Shown one piece after another: positions 26,417-37,206 of a stretch of DNA of 64,000 bases; position 1 is the stretch's first letter; each line of letters starts with the position of its first letter. The notes below the pieces were generated by a model. The model saw only the letters and a program-made list of their open reading frames with translations. It did not search any database and was not told the DNA's origin. The DNA comes from Phaeosaccion multiseriatum (lineage: Eukaryota; Protista; Ochrophyta, other classes), in assembly GCA_965112735.1 (NCBI GenBank), contig OZ218965.1:2357548-2421547 (forward strand). The letters are read 5' to 3'. Both the position numbers and the translations under genes were made by a program.

Positions 26417-27333
26417 TTACGAGGTAGCCGACGCGGCCGCCGACGAGGCCGACGCCATGGCCTTCTGGGACTTCCTCCACGCCTTCTGAATAACCCTCGC
26501 AGCAGCTTGGGCTGCGTCACCCGCCTTCCCGGTCAGATCATACTTTGCGTTCAAATCGAGCGCCGTGTGCTTGATGGTGTGCTTGACCGTGTGTAGGGCG
26601 TCCCCAGCCTTGTCCGTGATGTCGTACTTTTCATTCAAGTCGATTGCGGTATGCTTGATTGTGTGCTTGGCGTCGTGCAGCCCATCCCCTACCTTCTCGG
26701 AGATGTTGTACTGCTTATCCAAATCGAGGGCAGTGTGCTTGATGGTGTGCTTGGCGTTGTGAAGCGCGTCACCGGCGGTCTCCGTGATCTTGTAATCTTC
26801 GTTAAGTTGCTTGACCTTCTCGATGGCGGTGTCCACTGAGCAGCAAGCAGAACAGAGAAAGAAAGGGAGAAGGGGAGGGTCAGAGGAGAGGTCAAATGGG
26901 TGGGCTGTCAGACAAGTGTCCATTGAGTGGCTAGAAGAGAGAGAAAGGGACGACGGTCGGCCGGACGGTGGGGAAGTCAGAGGAGAGGTGGAAACCGTGG
27001 CGCGCCAGGCAGACGTGTCCGTTGAGTGACCACCAGACAGAGAGAGACAGGGACGAGGGCTTGGTGTGGTGCATTGTGCGGGTTCTATGTTTGCATGACG
27101 GCCCGAGAGCGGTCGTTAGCCACAGCATCGCCCACGCAGAGCAGGATAGCTTAGAGCAGAACAGAAACGACCTGAGCCGCCCACGCCCTGGGCCACGCAC
27201 ATCCCCTATACCAATACGAGAAGGGTCGAGCATGGCAGGGTCATACCCCCTCCCCGCGTGCTTCTTCTCATGCTTCTCAGGCCCGTCAGTCATGCTCACC
27301 TACGCCTCCAGCCTGGTTCGTCAGCTCTGCCAT
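26417..27333 (-). CDS. Small hydrophilic protein with ~3.5 tandem 28-aa His-containing repeats and a C-terminal IQ-like motif
   Basis: Repeat KYxIT(D/E)KAGDALHxxKHTIKHTALDLN, then AAARVIQKAWRK. Probable first exon MAELTNQAGGV at 27333. Confidence 0.6.
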
Positions 27334-28081
27334 CTTTAGAGTGTTGCTGGGTTTTGGGGAGGAGGGTTTTGCCTGAGTAGAGGGAAAAGCGGGCACCACA
27401 CACACAGACCTATTAGGAAGTTGCTTACAAGGGAAGGAGGAAGGCGACTGAAGCGGAGGGCGCGGGGTAAGCAGAGAAGAAAAAAAAGCTATAGACCGAG
27501 ATTTGACGTGGAACAAAGGGGCCCCTTAAACATTCGTACTGCTGCTTCGCGCCAAAGGCGACGCGAAAAGTGTATACAAAGGTAAGAAACAAGAGCCAAA
27601 GGGAAGCGCTATATGGGAAGAGCATACCAGTCGAAACTGCAAGCCAAAAGGAGGAAGAGGCCGCAGATGAGATGAGAGGAGACCTAAGAAGAAAAAGATA
27701 CGCACCGAGTTCCTTCACTACACAAGGCAGGAGGGGAAGGGAAGACAGGCAGGAGAGGCGAAGACGATCTCTTTTAGCAGAGAACGAAAGTCAAGGGGGA
27801 TGAGGAAAGAAGGAAGGCTGGTTTGTGGGCCCCTCACCTTCCAAAGACGATATCCAAGAAAGAGTTCCAGCACGCGGGGGCTCTTCAGAATCGTCCACCC
27901 CTGGGCCTAATCCTGACACCAGGCTGGGCCTGACCCTAAGCAGGATTTTCCTCTATCCACGACCGGGGCTGATCTGTCTTCTTCCCCCCGTTGCTCTCAT
28001 CTCTCTTCTTGCATAAGCCCCTGCCGGAAGTAACACGCGCTCGCTTCGGTACTGCTGCTGTGGAGCGGAGGAGCCTTTAGG

Positions 28082-29022
28082 ATGCAGGTGCGACGAGTTT
28101 TAATCTTGTCTTCCCCCCGGTTTAAACCTTTTGTCCTCTGTCTACCTCTGAGCATTGGTCGGCGGGTCAGTGGTCTGGGTGTAGCATCGGCGGACTTGTC
28201 TTTTATCTCTCCCTCTCTCTCGCTCATCCGCGCGTACTACCTGGTGCGCGTGTCTGCTGCATTGTGAGAGAGCCTCTCTCCGCGCGCTCCGCCCCTCTGC
28301 CGCTCAGGGAGTGCAAGTTCCGCTTTTGTGCCTCCTTTCTCCCCCCCTCTCTGCGGATAGGCCCCCTCCTTGTGATTGCTTCTCTGTTTACTTCTTGATT
28401 GCCCATCTTAAGAACCTCTCTTCACGTGTTCCGCTCAGAGGAGCTTTTCCCTCTCTCTCCTGTCTTTCTTTAAGTTGGTTGTGCTTTGTTCCCCCTTGAT
28501 ACCGTCCGCCAAGTCCACTTCCCCCTGTTCTGAGTGTTGTGCACGCCGTGATCTCTACGCAATGCTCGCCCCTCCCCCCCCCCCTGGCTCTTGGTGGCTC
28601 CCCTCAGATCTGGATCAAGACCCTCACGGGGCGAAAGCAGCAGTTCAACTTTGAGCTGGAGGACAAGGTGGTGCAGGTGAAGCACTCGCTGCAGGAGAAG
28701 GAGGGCATCCAGGTGGACCAGATTCGGCTCATCTACGCGGGCAAGCAGCTCGCAGACGACCAGACTCTCGCGTTCTACAACGTGGCAGCAGGCGGTGAGT
28801 AGCAGCGGGTGAGGAGCGCAGGTGCCTGTGCTCGTCTCCTGAGCCGCGAGGCGGCGTGTGGGGCCGCGCTTTTTACTCTGTGTCGCCTCTCCGGCACTTG
28901 CTGTATCTCTGACGCCTCAACCCTCCTGCTATGCCCCTCGCCACCCTGTGGCCGCGCCCGAACCCCCAGGCACAATCCACATGGTGCTGCAGCTGCGAGG
29001 AGGAGGAGGCGCAAGCGCTTAG
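28082..29022 (+). CDS. NEDD8: NEDD8/RUB1 ubiquitin-like modifier (3 exons)
   Basis: Spliced MQ|IWIKTLTGRK...EKEGIQVDQIRLIYAGKQLAD...|GTIHMVLQLRGG-GGASA*. Non-Arg residue 72 and RLIYxGKQ favour NEDD8 over ubiquitin. Confidence 0.85.
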
Positions 29023-30014
29023 CCGAGTTTGTTTCTTCTGCACCCTTTCATACTTCCTTCCGCGGCTCGCTACCGGCGTGGCACGTTGGGGGGCAGGACG
29101 TCCTCAGGACTTCTTACACGCCTCCCTGCGCAGCGCCTCGGAAACGCGAGGGTGGCAGCGTACTTAGAGGAGAACAAGGAGGGCGGCAGAAGCGCTGCCC
29201 CAATCTTGCGGAGCGTCCGTCAGGGAGCTCCGCGTGCCAGATCATCAAATGATGTCCTTCTCCTGTCATCACAGGCGCAGAGGTCCCGCACAACCAACGT
29301 CGGATGTCTTGCGGACGGGCCGTGGGGGAGGGAAATGATGTGATGATGGGGGGGGGATTCTCTCTTGTTCTACTCTTACATTCTTCGGAAGAGAGGCGCA
29401 GTGCAGCCCTTGAGGGCCTGCACGCGCTCTGCCAGAGGTGCATGAGAGGTGCTTGGAGTGGGGGGGGCATTGGCAGCGCCCGTCTTCTCGGGGCCGGAGA
29501 GTTCCGCTGCTAGCCGAGGAGTGGGCTTCAGGGGGGATCCGCTGCGGTACTCCCCTCAGGCGGATACCTGCGGCTGCTTCGCCGCTCATCTCCCTGTCGC
29601 GGCTGCCTCCGCCGTGAAGACCTTCCGCGCATGCTGTGAAACGAATATATATACTGCTACGAAGTACCTTTTTTGCCCCAACAGCCTCGGTGGCTCTAAA
29701 CTGGTCCACTCCGTGATATGTTGGGAGTTGAGGAGGCTCCTCGCCCTGATTTCGACCCGGGAGCGCTGAGCTGTGCTTTCTCTGGGCCGGTGGGGTTGAA
29801 ATGGTCCCGCCATGGTCGGCATGAGTCTGCCCTGCGTCTCTGGTGTGCCCGGTGCGAAGGACACATCATTAAAGGGAGGGGGGGGGGGGATGTAGATGGC
29901 AATAGGGGGGTGGCCATGGTCGGGCATTGCCGTTCTTCATGTGGAGTGTGTGGTATTGTGCGGCGTCCGTTCCCCGTGTGGCTGTGGCTCTCCACTCTCC
30001 GTGCGCTCCCCTCG

Positions 30015-30245
30015 TTGTGCAGGAGAGGCTGGAGGCCGTGCGTAGGGCCTTTGGCAAACGATCGGCGGCCGACGCCCTCGAGGAGGAGTTCCCGTCAGCA
30101 CTCGCTCCGCGTCATCGAAACGGTCATCAATTTGGTCTGCCCGTGTTGCAATCAGGCCTTCGTGAACTTTACCGGCTGCTTCACTCTCAAGGGCGGCCGC
30201 TGTGCGGCGGGCTTTGGCGCCTACTGCCTCGCGGCGGACTGCGGT
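30015..30245 (+). pseudogene. Degenerate RBR/IBR-type zinc-finger gene fragment
   Basis: INLVCPCCNQAFVNFTGCFTLKGGRCAAGFGAYCLAADCG follows the CPxC...GC..L.C..C...FC..CL pattern with two Cys lost; frameshifted against the upstream ERLEAVRRAF segment. Confidence 0.45.
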
Positions 30246-30455
30246 AGAGAGTGTCTGTGTGAGTGTCTGTGTGAGTGTCTTTGTGTGTGTGTGGGTGTGT
30301 GAGAGTGTCTGTGAGTGTCCTTGTGTGTGTGTGGTGTGTGTGAGAGTGTCTGTGTGTGTGGTGTGTGTGTGGTGTCTGTGTGAGAGTGTCTGTGTGAGTG
30401 TCCATGTGTGTGGTGATGAGGTATTTGGTCTGTGTGTGTGTGGTGTATGTGTGAG

Positions 30456-30487
<32 letters not shown>

Positions 30488-30579
30488 AGTCTGCCTCTCC
30501 GCTGCTCGCTGCCGCGCCTCCTCTCACTCCTCGCCCACTGCCCTTTTTTTCTTCCTCTGCTGTGCGTGTGCACTGTGCA

Positions 30580-33500
30580 GGTACGTGTTGGTGGCTGCAG
30601 GGCGCATCGGTGGCGAGCTGATGCGGCTTGTGGCGGCGGCCATCTTCGAGGCGATGAGGGCAGAGAAGATTGCGCCCAACTCCATCAGCCACCTACGGAC
30701 TGTACACCAGCCAGAGCCCTCGGCGAGAACAACGCCAAACAACGCCTTCAATGCAGCGTCGTCAAGTGACAAGGCGGGCTACAGGGGAGGGGGGAGCAGT
30801 CCTGTACCAGTCTAGCAAAAGCACGACTTCTAACAGTCCGCACAGTGTCCCTGCGAGTCACGCGCACGCACACACCGGGCAGGCAGGGCCACGGGCAGGG
30901 TTCCGGCCAGGGCTACAGACAGGGCGTGTTCGAGGAGCTGGGACTGCAGTGGTGCGAGGCCGTGCTGGGCACCTCCTCCGCCGCCTCCGCCGTGGAGAGG
31001 GCGGGGGCCGCACGGAGGGGAAGTGCCATGACCCCAGCCAGCCTCAGCCGAGGTGGGGGCAAACATTGCCATCGCCTCCATGGTGGGGGGGGTGGGCTCT
31101 CCCTCCACGGCATCATCGGGAGCGATTGGCACGGGCACGCCAAGGGGGGGCGCAGGGCTGTCTGCGCTCTCTGCAGGGGGGCGCATGCGGAGGGGCTCCG
31201 TGCACGTGGGGCAACAGCCGCGCTTCGGCAATGCGTTGGCCAGGAGCGGAGAGGTGCACAGCCTGAAGATTGATGTGTCCGCCTCGGCGGAGGGCACCGA
31301 CAGCGGTGCCGCCACGCTCAGCAGGACCCCGCGCAGGGGCAGATCTCCCAGCCACCGGCGGAGGCGGGGCAAGGCACACACATGCGTCTGGGGGGAGGGC
31401 TTTGGTCACGCTGCAGAGGCCAAAGAGGCCCCTGCCAAGCCAACTGCCAAGCCAACTGCCAAGGTGTCCAAGGGGATGTGGGCCACCGTGTTGTGTAGGA
31501 AATCATGGCGAGGTGGAGCCACGCCTGCGAGGGGGACATAGCTACACTTCCAAGTGAGTCAGTTGGCAGTGGATCGAGTATGGCTCGTGTTTGTTTGTTC
31601 ACTCCAAGGAAGGAAGGGCGGAAGAAAGGAAGGAAGGAAGGAGGGGGGAGGGGAGGCGAAGCGGCGTATGGGAAAGGGGAAACGAAACCTCCGAGGCACT
31701 TTGCTGCAGACTGTAGTCCCTTCTCTCTGCCGTCATCTTTTCCTCCCTCTCTCTCACTCTCTGCCTCTCTCTCTTCTCTCTCGCCCACACCCACCTACCC
31801 ACCCACACCCACCCATGGACACACCCACTTACACACACTCAAACAACACACTTACCTCTCTCAACGATGTGCCGTCAACTCTGTCTCAATTATCCCGTGT
31901 CTCCTGGCGGTCTCTGCAGATAGCGTGTCGCCGCTACAACTGTTCGCTGCTCCCACACCTCTCGTACTTTGTAGCAAAGCCGAGCAACCCGTCACAGTCA
32001 GACGGGGAGAGAGTACAAGCTGCTGCTGCGGCGGCAGCAGCAGCAGGAGCAGGAGCGAGTGAGGACACAGGGGCGGAGACGGAGAAGGTGCGACAGAGCA
32101 CGCTGTCCTCCAGAGGCGCGGAGCCTTTGAGTAGTGTGAAGCGAGACTTATCCACCGCCTCTGTGCTGGTGATGCTGGAGGAGGGAGGGGAGGGAGGGGA
32201 GGGAGGAGACCGCCTCGACTTGGCATCTCCATCGACGGCGGCTGCTTTGCTCCTGGGGGACGGTGCGGAAGGCTTTGTGGTGGAGGAGGGGAGGAGCGGC
32301 AGCATTTGCGCCGCGCAGGCTGAGAACCGCAGAGGGTCCATCAGCGGTCACTTGGCGGACTCTGTGGAGGGCAGGGCTGCGTACCTCAGCCCCATGGTGC
32401 TGCGCCATCAGCTCGAGAGGCTCGTGGTCACACACGGGGAGCAAGTGCTCACCTTGGAGTGTTTGCGCCGCTACCGTAGGCACCTCTTTTGGAATGTGAG
32501 TCAGTCTCTTGTTCGTCTGTCGTGTGCTGTTTTGCATTCAGTACTTACTCAATACCCTACCCCGTGTGTGTGTGTGTGCTGTCCGCCGATGGATCAGGTC
32601 GTGTGGCTGAGCACTCGTCTGGGGCTGCCCATGCCGCTGTTCCTGTCGGAGAGCTTTGAGGTGGAGGAGACGGTCGTCATCGGCTCCTGCAAGGCCGTGG
32701 TGAGCGCGCGCTGCCGGCAGCTCCTGGACATCCTGTCCCCTCCCACTCTTTCTCCGGCCCCCTCTCTGGCCTTCTCCTTGAGCGCCTCGATGGCCTCCCC
32801 GGGCATGCAGAAGGCCCTGCTGCCCCCCCTCCTGCTTGAGACGGTGTTCAGCGGGGCCTCCTCCAGGGAGCTTAAGGTGTGTGCGCTGTGCATGGCTGCG
32901 CTTCTCACGCACGGTCGGGCGGGGCTTTCCCAACGTCACTAGCCGACTGCAGCGCTTAGACAACCAGCCGGAGAGGGGGCTGACTCAGTGCAGTCACGCG
33001 GGGGGGACTTCTCTCCACGGGCGATGGTCTCTACCTCATGGTGCTGAAGCTCGTCACCTTCTATCGCCCCCCAAAGGCCCCTGGGAGCGTGGGGTACATC
33101 CAAGAGCTGCGCAGGTACAGAGAGGATGGCAGAGAGGTTGCTTTGCTTCGCCCCGTGCTGGGGACCCTCTTGTCGTGTTGCTGCCTCTGCCTCTGCCTGC
33201 CTGACGCCGAGCGTCGTGCCCTTCTCGTTCTCAGACGTAGTGGGCAGCCGCGTTTCGAGCAAGCGTTTGTAGAAGGTGAGTGAGTCTCTACCTTAATCAC
33301 GCCCTGCCTGCCTGCCTGCCTTGCCTGGCGCACCCTTGCCAGCCGCATACTCGTAAGATGCGAAGCGAAGCGAACCCAACTCAACCCTGCCCATAATATG
33401 CCAACAGACCCGCTGCAGATGGTGGAAAGCGTTGGGCCAAGAGAGGTGCAGCTGCAGGGCCCACATGGACAGGGCGACGAGGCGGACAGAGACAGAGAAA

Positions 33501-33628
33501 GCCCCGGGGGGGGGGCGCGGCGCAGGTGCACAGTATCTCTGGCAAGCAAGTTGCTCTCTCTCATGAACGAGGTGCCCACCACCAAGAGCCTCATCTACAG
33601 AAACGTTTTTGGAAACGTCATGTGGTAG
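30580..33628 (+). pseudogene. DENND4-like C-terminal gene remnant (PPR-like motif plus C-terminal conserved block), disrupted
   Basis: IFEAMRAEKIAPNSIS is PPR-like. YLSPMVLRHQLERLV...G...LFWNV..|VVWLSTRLGLP resembles DENND4 YLSPLVLRKELE..FWNLVW..RLDLP. Frameshifts and a stop-introducing 33-bp insertion; no DENN N-terminus seen. Confidence 0.55.
30803..30835. mobile_element. 33-bp collapsed relic of the palindromic-LTR element with 4-bp TSD GTCC
   Basis: GTCC|TGTACCAGTCTAGCAAAAGCACGACTTCTAACA|GTCC; the last 32 nt are identical to 36713-36744. Confidence 0.85.
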
Positions 33629-33684
33629 GGTAGCCAGTACAATGGTAAAGCAGGCACATTCTATATCAATATCAGTTTCGCCGA

Positions 33685-33869
33685 AATTTTTTGAGGCTGA
33701 TTCAGACTGCGAGTTACTTCTCTTCACCATGCGGTTGGGGGGGGGGGGGGTTCGACTTGCTTATAGCAACGGTCTTGTTAGAAGTCGTACTTTTGCTAGA
33801 CTGACCTCCCGGCCGGTCTGAATTCAGAGGGTAGAGGTATCCGTCTAGCAAAGAGTACGACTTCTAACA
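33685..33869 (-). mobile_element. Diverged, inverted partial copy of the palindromic-LTR mini-element (internal segment plus one 94-bp LTR at 33776-33869)
   Basis: TGTTAGAAGTCGTACTTTTGCTAGAC...TCTGAATTCAGA...GTACGACTTCTAACA; the adjoining sequence is homologous to the reverse complement of ~36745-36825. Confidence 0.85.
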
Positions 33870-33907
33870 GCATCCGCCTGCGCTTCATTGTTGAAAATCA
33901 GTATAAT

Positions 33908-34261
33908 GTCAATGGCCCAGGCCCAGGCCCAGGCAAATACGGTGAGAAACGGTGCGTGGCCCGTTTCTCACTCACCTCCCAGCAGGTTGGTCGCTCGTTT
34001 AGGATGGCTCACGGATAAAGCTAATAGAGACAAGGCTGGCTGCCAGGCTGGCTTTGGGGTTGCTATTACCTTGTCCATGCGGCTACTCCTATCCTAGGTG
34101 GAGAGCAACGTGACTCTTTACAACCCCAAAGCCAGCCTAGCAGCCAGCCTTGCCTCTACTAACTTATCGCATGCTAGTCCTAAACGACCACCTACGCACA
34201 TAGGATAGTGAGAGCCACGCCACCCGTTCTCACCGCATCTGCCTGGGCCTGGGCCATTGAC
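33908..34261. repeat. ~354-bp imperfect inverted repeat (fold-back/MITE-like)
   Basis: gtcaatggcccaggcccagg pairs with cctgggcctgggccattgac; caaggctggctgccaggctggctttggggttg pairs with caaccccaaagccagcctagcagccagccttg. Confidence 0.8.
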
Positions 34262-34507
34262 TTACGAATCGACTTTCCACATCATGTCGGAGTTTAGGCC
34301 AGCACACACAGCACAGCGATTTTAGTAGCCTAGTACTTGTAATTACAAAGGGAAGTCTAAATGCAACGTTTTGTCCCTACGACTCGTCAGTCCCCCCCAT
34401 CGGAACAAAGTTCATATCAGCGATAACCCATGTGTCGCATGGACCTCTCATGCCGAAGCCTCTGGAGCGCCACTGCCAAACGCCTGCGTATAGCGCACAT
34501 GGCTGTA

Positions 34508-34836
34508 CACTTCGTCCGAGGCCTCAGGAATCGAGAACCACTTGAGAACCACTTCGTCCGAGGCCTCAGGACTCGAGAACCACTTGAGAACCACTTCGTC
34601 CGAGGCCTCAGGACTCGAGAACCAGTGGAGAACCACTTCGTCCGAGGCCTCAGGACTCGAGAACCACTTGAGAACCACTTCGTCCGAGGCCTCAGGACTC
34701 GAGAACCACTGGAGAATCACTTCGTCCGAGGCCTCAGGACTCGAGAACCACTTGAGAACCACTTCGTCCGAGGCCTCAGGACTCGAGAACCACTTGAAAA
34801 CCACTTCGTCCGAGGCCTCAGGACTCGAGAACCAGT
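34508..34836. repeat. 42-bp subtelomeric satellite, proximal block (~8 units)
   Basis: Unit GAGAACCACTTCGTCCGAGGCCTCAGGACTCGAGAACCA(CTT/GTG). Confidence 0.95.
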
Positions 34837-35036
34837 TGTAAAAGCGACCTAAGCCGCTTAGACAAGTGGTAACCCTTGATATATTATACGGGATGGAACC
34901 CGTTTGCAAGCCCTGCTGCTAGGCTCTCCTTATACCAAGATCACCGTTCTGACATCCTCCTCCACTCAGAATCTACGTAATATAGGACACACCGACCATT
35001 GACTTATGGTCCTTCTCGCTCTGAGGCCTTCCAACA
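34837..35036 (-). repeat. Element B 3' LTR (200 bp)
   Basis: Direct repeat of 51892-52084; purine-rich tract adjacent on the minus strand. Confidence 0.92.
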
Positions 35037-35112
35037 TCCCCAATGCCTATCCCGTAACCTTCCAACATCCCCAATGCCTATCCCGTCTCTGCGACCACCA
35101 CCACCGCAAGGT

Positions 35113-36655
35113 CTAGAACCCCAAATGTTGCGCCGTCTCCGCAGCGATGCCCATCCCCCACTTCTCGTGCAACATGGCGCGCACGGTGCGCTCTCGTTTA
35201 GACCGCTGCCCACGCTTGCGCTGCACGCTCGGGTCCAACGCCCCTGGCGCCAAAGAGTCCTCGAATGCCTCTATTGCCGCCCTCTCCCCGCGCCGCAAGA
35301 GCCAATCGTCCCACTCCCACGTCTGATAACTGCCACCCTCCCGTACAGCCCAACGGACACAGTACTCACGCCGTAGGGGCTGCCCTGTGGCCTTACGCCA
35401 CCTCATCTTCACTATCCGCGCCAGGTTGGGCGCCCGCCCTATCCCAACCTCGTCATCGGTCACGCTACGCTTCTCCTGCAGTGCACTAGTACCCCAGTGG
35501 GCTGAGCAGTACCGGATGTGGTATCGAGCGAACCCATCTGGTAGTCCTTCCGGTTGGCCACTCACCCCATCAACGAACGGCTTGGTGAGGTCCCTATGGT
35601 ACGCCCCTTGCTTGAACTCCACTCCCCCGCCTCTGACCCTCGGCACATCCAGATACACCGTGCTACGGCGCATCACCGCGTAGTGCTCGTCGTTGAGTAT
35701 GCCACCATGTCGCGCCTGGAAGGCCTGCTGTGTGGGCCAAGCCAGGACTTGGAACGGTCCGTCCCAAGCATGACTCAGCGCCTTGAGCGTCAGTGCCTTC
35801 TGCTCCTCCATGGCCTCACCCTCCTCCTGCGCCGCCCCCCCTGGACGGTACAACCACACCTTAGTGCCAGGAGGCATCGGCGCTGGCCAGCGACGCTCAC
35901 GGTTCTTGAGCTGTAGCCTGCTGCGATACTCCTCGCGCCTGCCCGTCACCACCTGCGCCGCCGCTGCCATCCGCGCCCTCAGCTCGTGCACCCATGCCGA
36001 AGGCGTCTCGAACGAGCCGTCCTCCTCGAGGGCAGGCAGCATCGCTTGAAGTGGAATCGGGGGGTGTCGACCGAAGAGAGTGTAGTACGGGGAGAGGCCT
36101 GTGGTCTTGTGAGCTCTGCAGTTGTACGCGTACGTGAGCGCGGGAACATACTCAGGCCACTGCTGCATCTGGGCCTCCACTGTCGTCGCCAGCATGTCCT
36201 TCATCGTGGCCATGAAGCGCTCCACTTGCCCATTGGCTTGCTGATGCATCGGCGTAGTGAAGACTTGTGATGTCTGGAGTACGCGCAGCACATCGGCCAT
36301 GAGCGTGCTCGTGAACTGCGACCCTTGGTCACTGACCAGCACCTTGGGCGCCCCCAGCACCGTCACTACGTGCCGCACGAATGCCCGAGCAATGCCCTCC
36401 GCTGTATAGTCCTTGGCGCACAATGGTACCACCACTGTCCATTTGGTGAACCAATCTTGAAACACCAAAATGTACTCCTCCCCCCCCATGGCCATGGGGA
36501 AAGGTCCTGCCACGTCAGCACCCATAACCGCCCATGGCCCATTCACAGCCGCCGGTGATATGGACGAGAGCGGAACCTGTGGAGGCCGCCTCCGTGGTGT
36601 CTTGCGTGTCTGGCACGCAAGACATGAACGGGCCCAGTACAGCGCATGCCCGTTC
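35113..36655 (-). pseudogene. Element B pol 3' part: integrase core, GPF motif and chromodomain
   Basis: GADVAG / VSDQGSQF / NGQVER (DDE), WDGPF, RIVKMRW..REYCVRW..QTWEW. Rejoins 49462+ in frame as WWPSMN|GHALYW once the insert and one GTTC are removed. Confidence 0.9.
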
Positions 36656-36968
36656 TGTTAGAAGTCGTGCTTTTGCTAGACTGGTACCTACCCTCTGAAT
36701 TCAGACCGGGAGGTACCAGTCTAGCAAAAGCACGACTTCTAACAAGCCCTAATGCTAGAAGTCGAACCCCCCCCCCCCCACCGCACATAGTGGAGAGAAG
36801 TAACTCGCAGTCTGGGAATCAGACTAATGGGTGCCAGCCGGTACCAGTTTTCGCCGAAAAACACACTTTTTTCACAAGCTACAGCCAGGATTCGAACTCG
36901 CAATGGCCTTGTTAGAAGTCGTGCTTTTGCTAGACTGGTACCTACCCTCTGAATTCAGACCGGGAGGT
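36656..36968. mobile_element. TRIM-like non-autonomous mini-element: 89-bp palindromic LTR (36656-36744), 165-bp internal region, truncated second LTR (36910-36968)
   Basis: 34-nt perfect inverted arms around TCTGAATTCAGA; the second copy is a direct repeat identical over 59 nt. Confidence 0.85.
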
Positions 36969-36972
36969 TAGG

Positions 36973-37168
36973 TGTCGAAACTACCGACAGCTAGCCTCAA
37001 AGCCAAGCTAGAGCAGAGCAGGAGCTGAAGCAAGCACCCGGAAGCCAGCCCACACGCAGGCTGCGCTTCCTTCCTTTTATTACTGATTTACCGTCTAGTT
37101 GGCCCGTTTTCCGGCCGTTACACTACTGATTGGGTCCCCAAGGGACCCCAACTAGGCCACTTCTAACA
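36973..37168 (-). repeat. Element A 3' LTR
   Basis: No differences seen versus 49266-49461. Confidence 0.97.
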
Positions 37169-37180
37169 TCCCCCTCACTA
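37169..37180 (-). promoter_or_regulatory. Polypurine tract of element A
   Basis: Minus strand TAGTGAGGGGGA immediately precedes the LTR start TGTTAGAAG. Confidence 0.75.
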
Positions 37181-37206
37181 CACCCCCGCCTCTTCCGCCA
37201 GCTCCC

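Noticed and set aside
28082-29022. Ubiquitin
   Set aside because: Too divergent from the invariant ubiquitin sequence; Q at position 72 and a short C-terminal extension fit NEDD8
36870-36909. tRNA gene
   Set aside because: Only a B-box-like motif; no D/anticodon arms or paired T stem visible
36969-36972. Own TSD for element A
   Set aside because: The flanks TAGG and GTTC do not match; the TSD belongs to the larger 36656-49461 block
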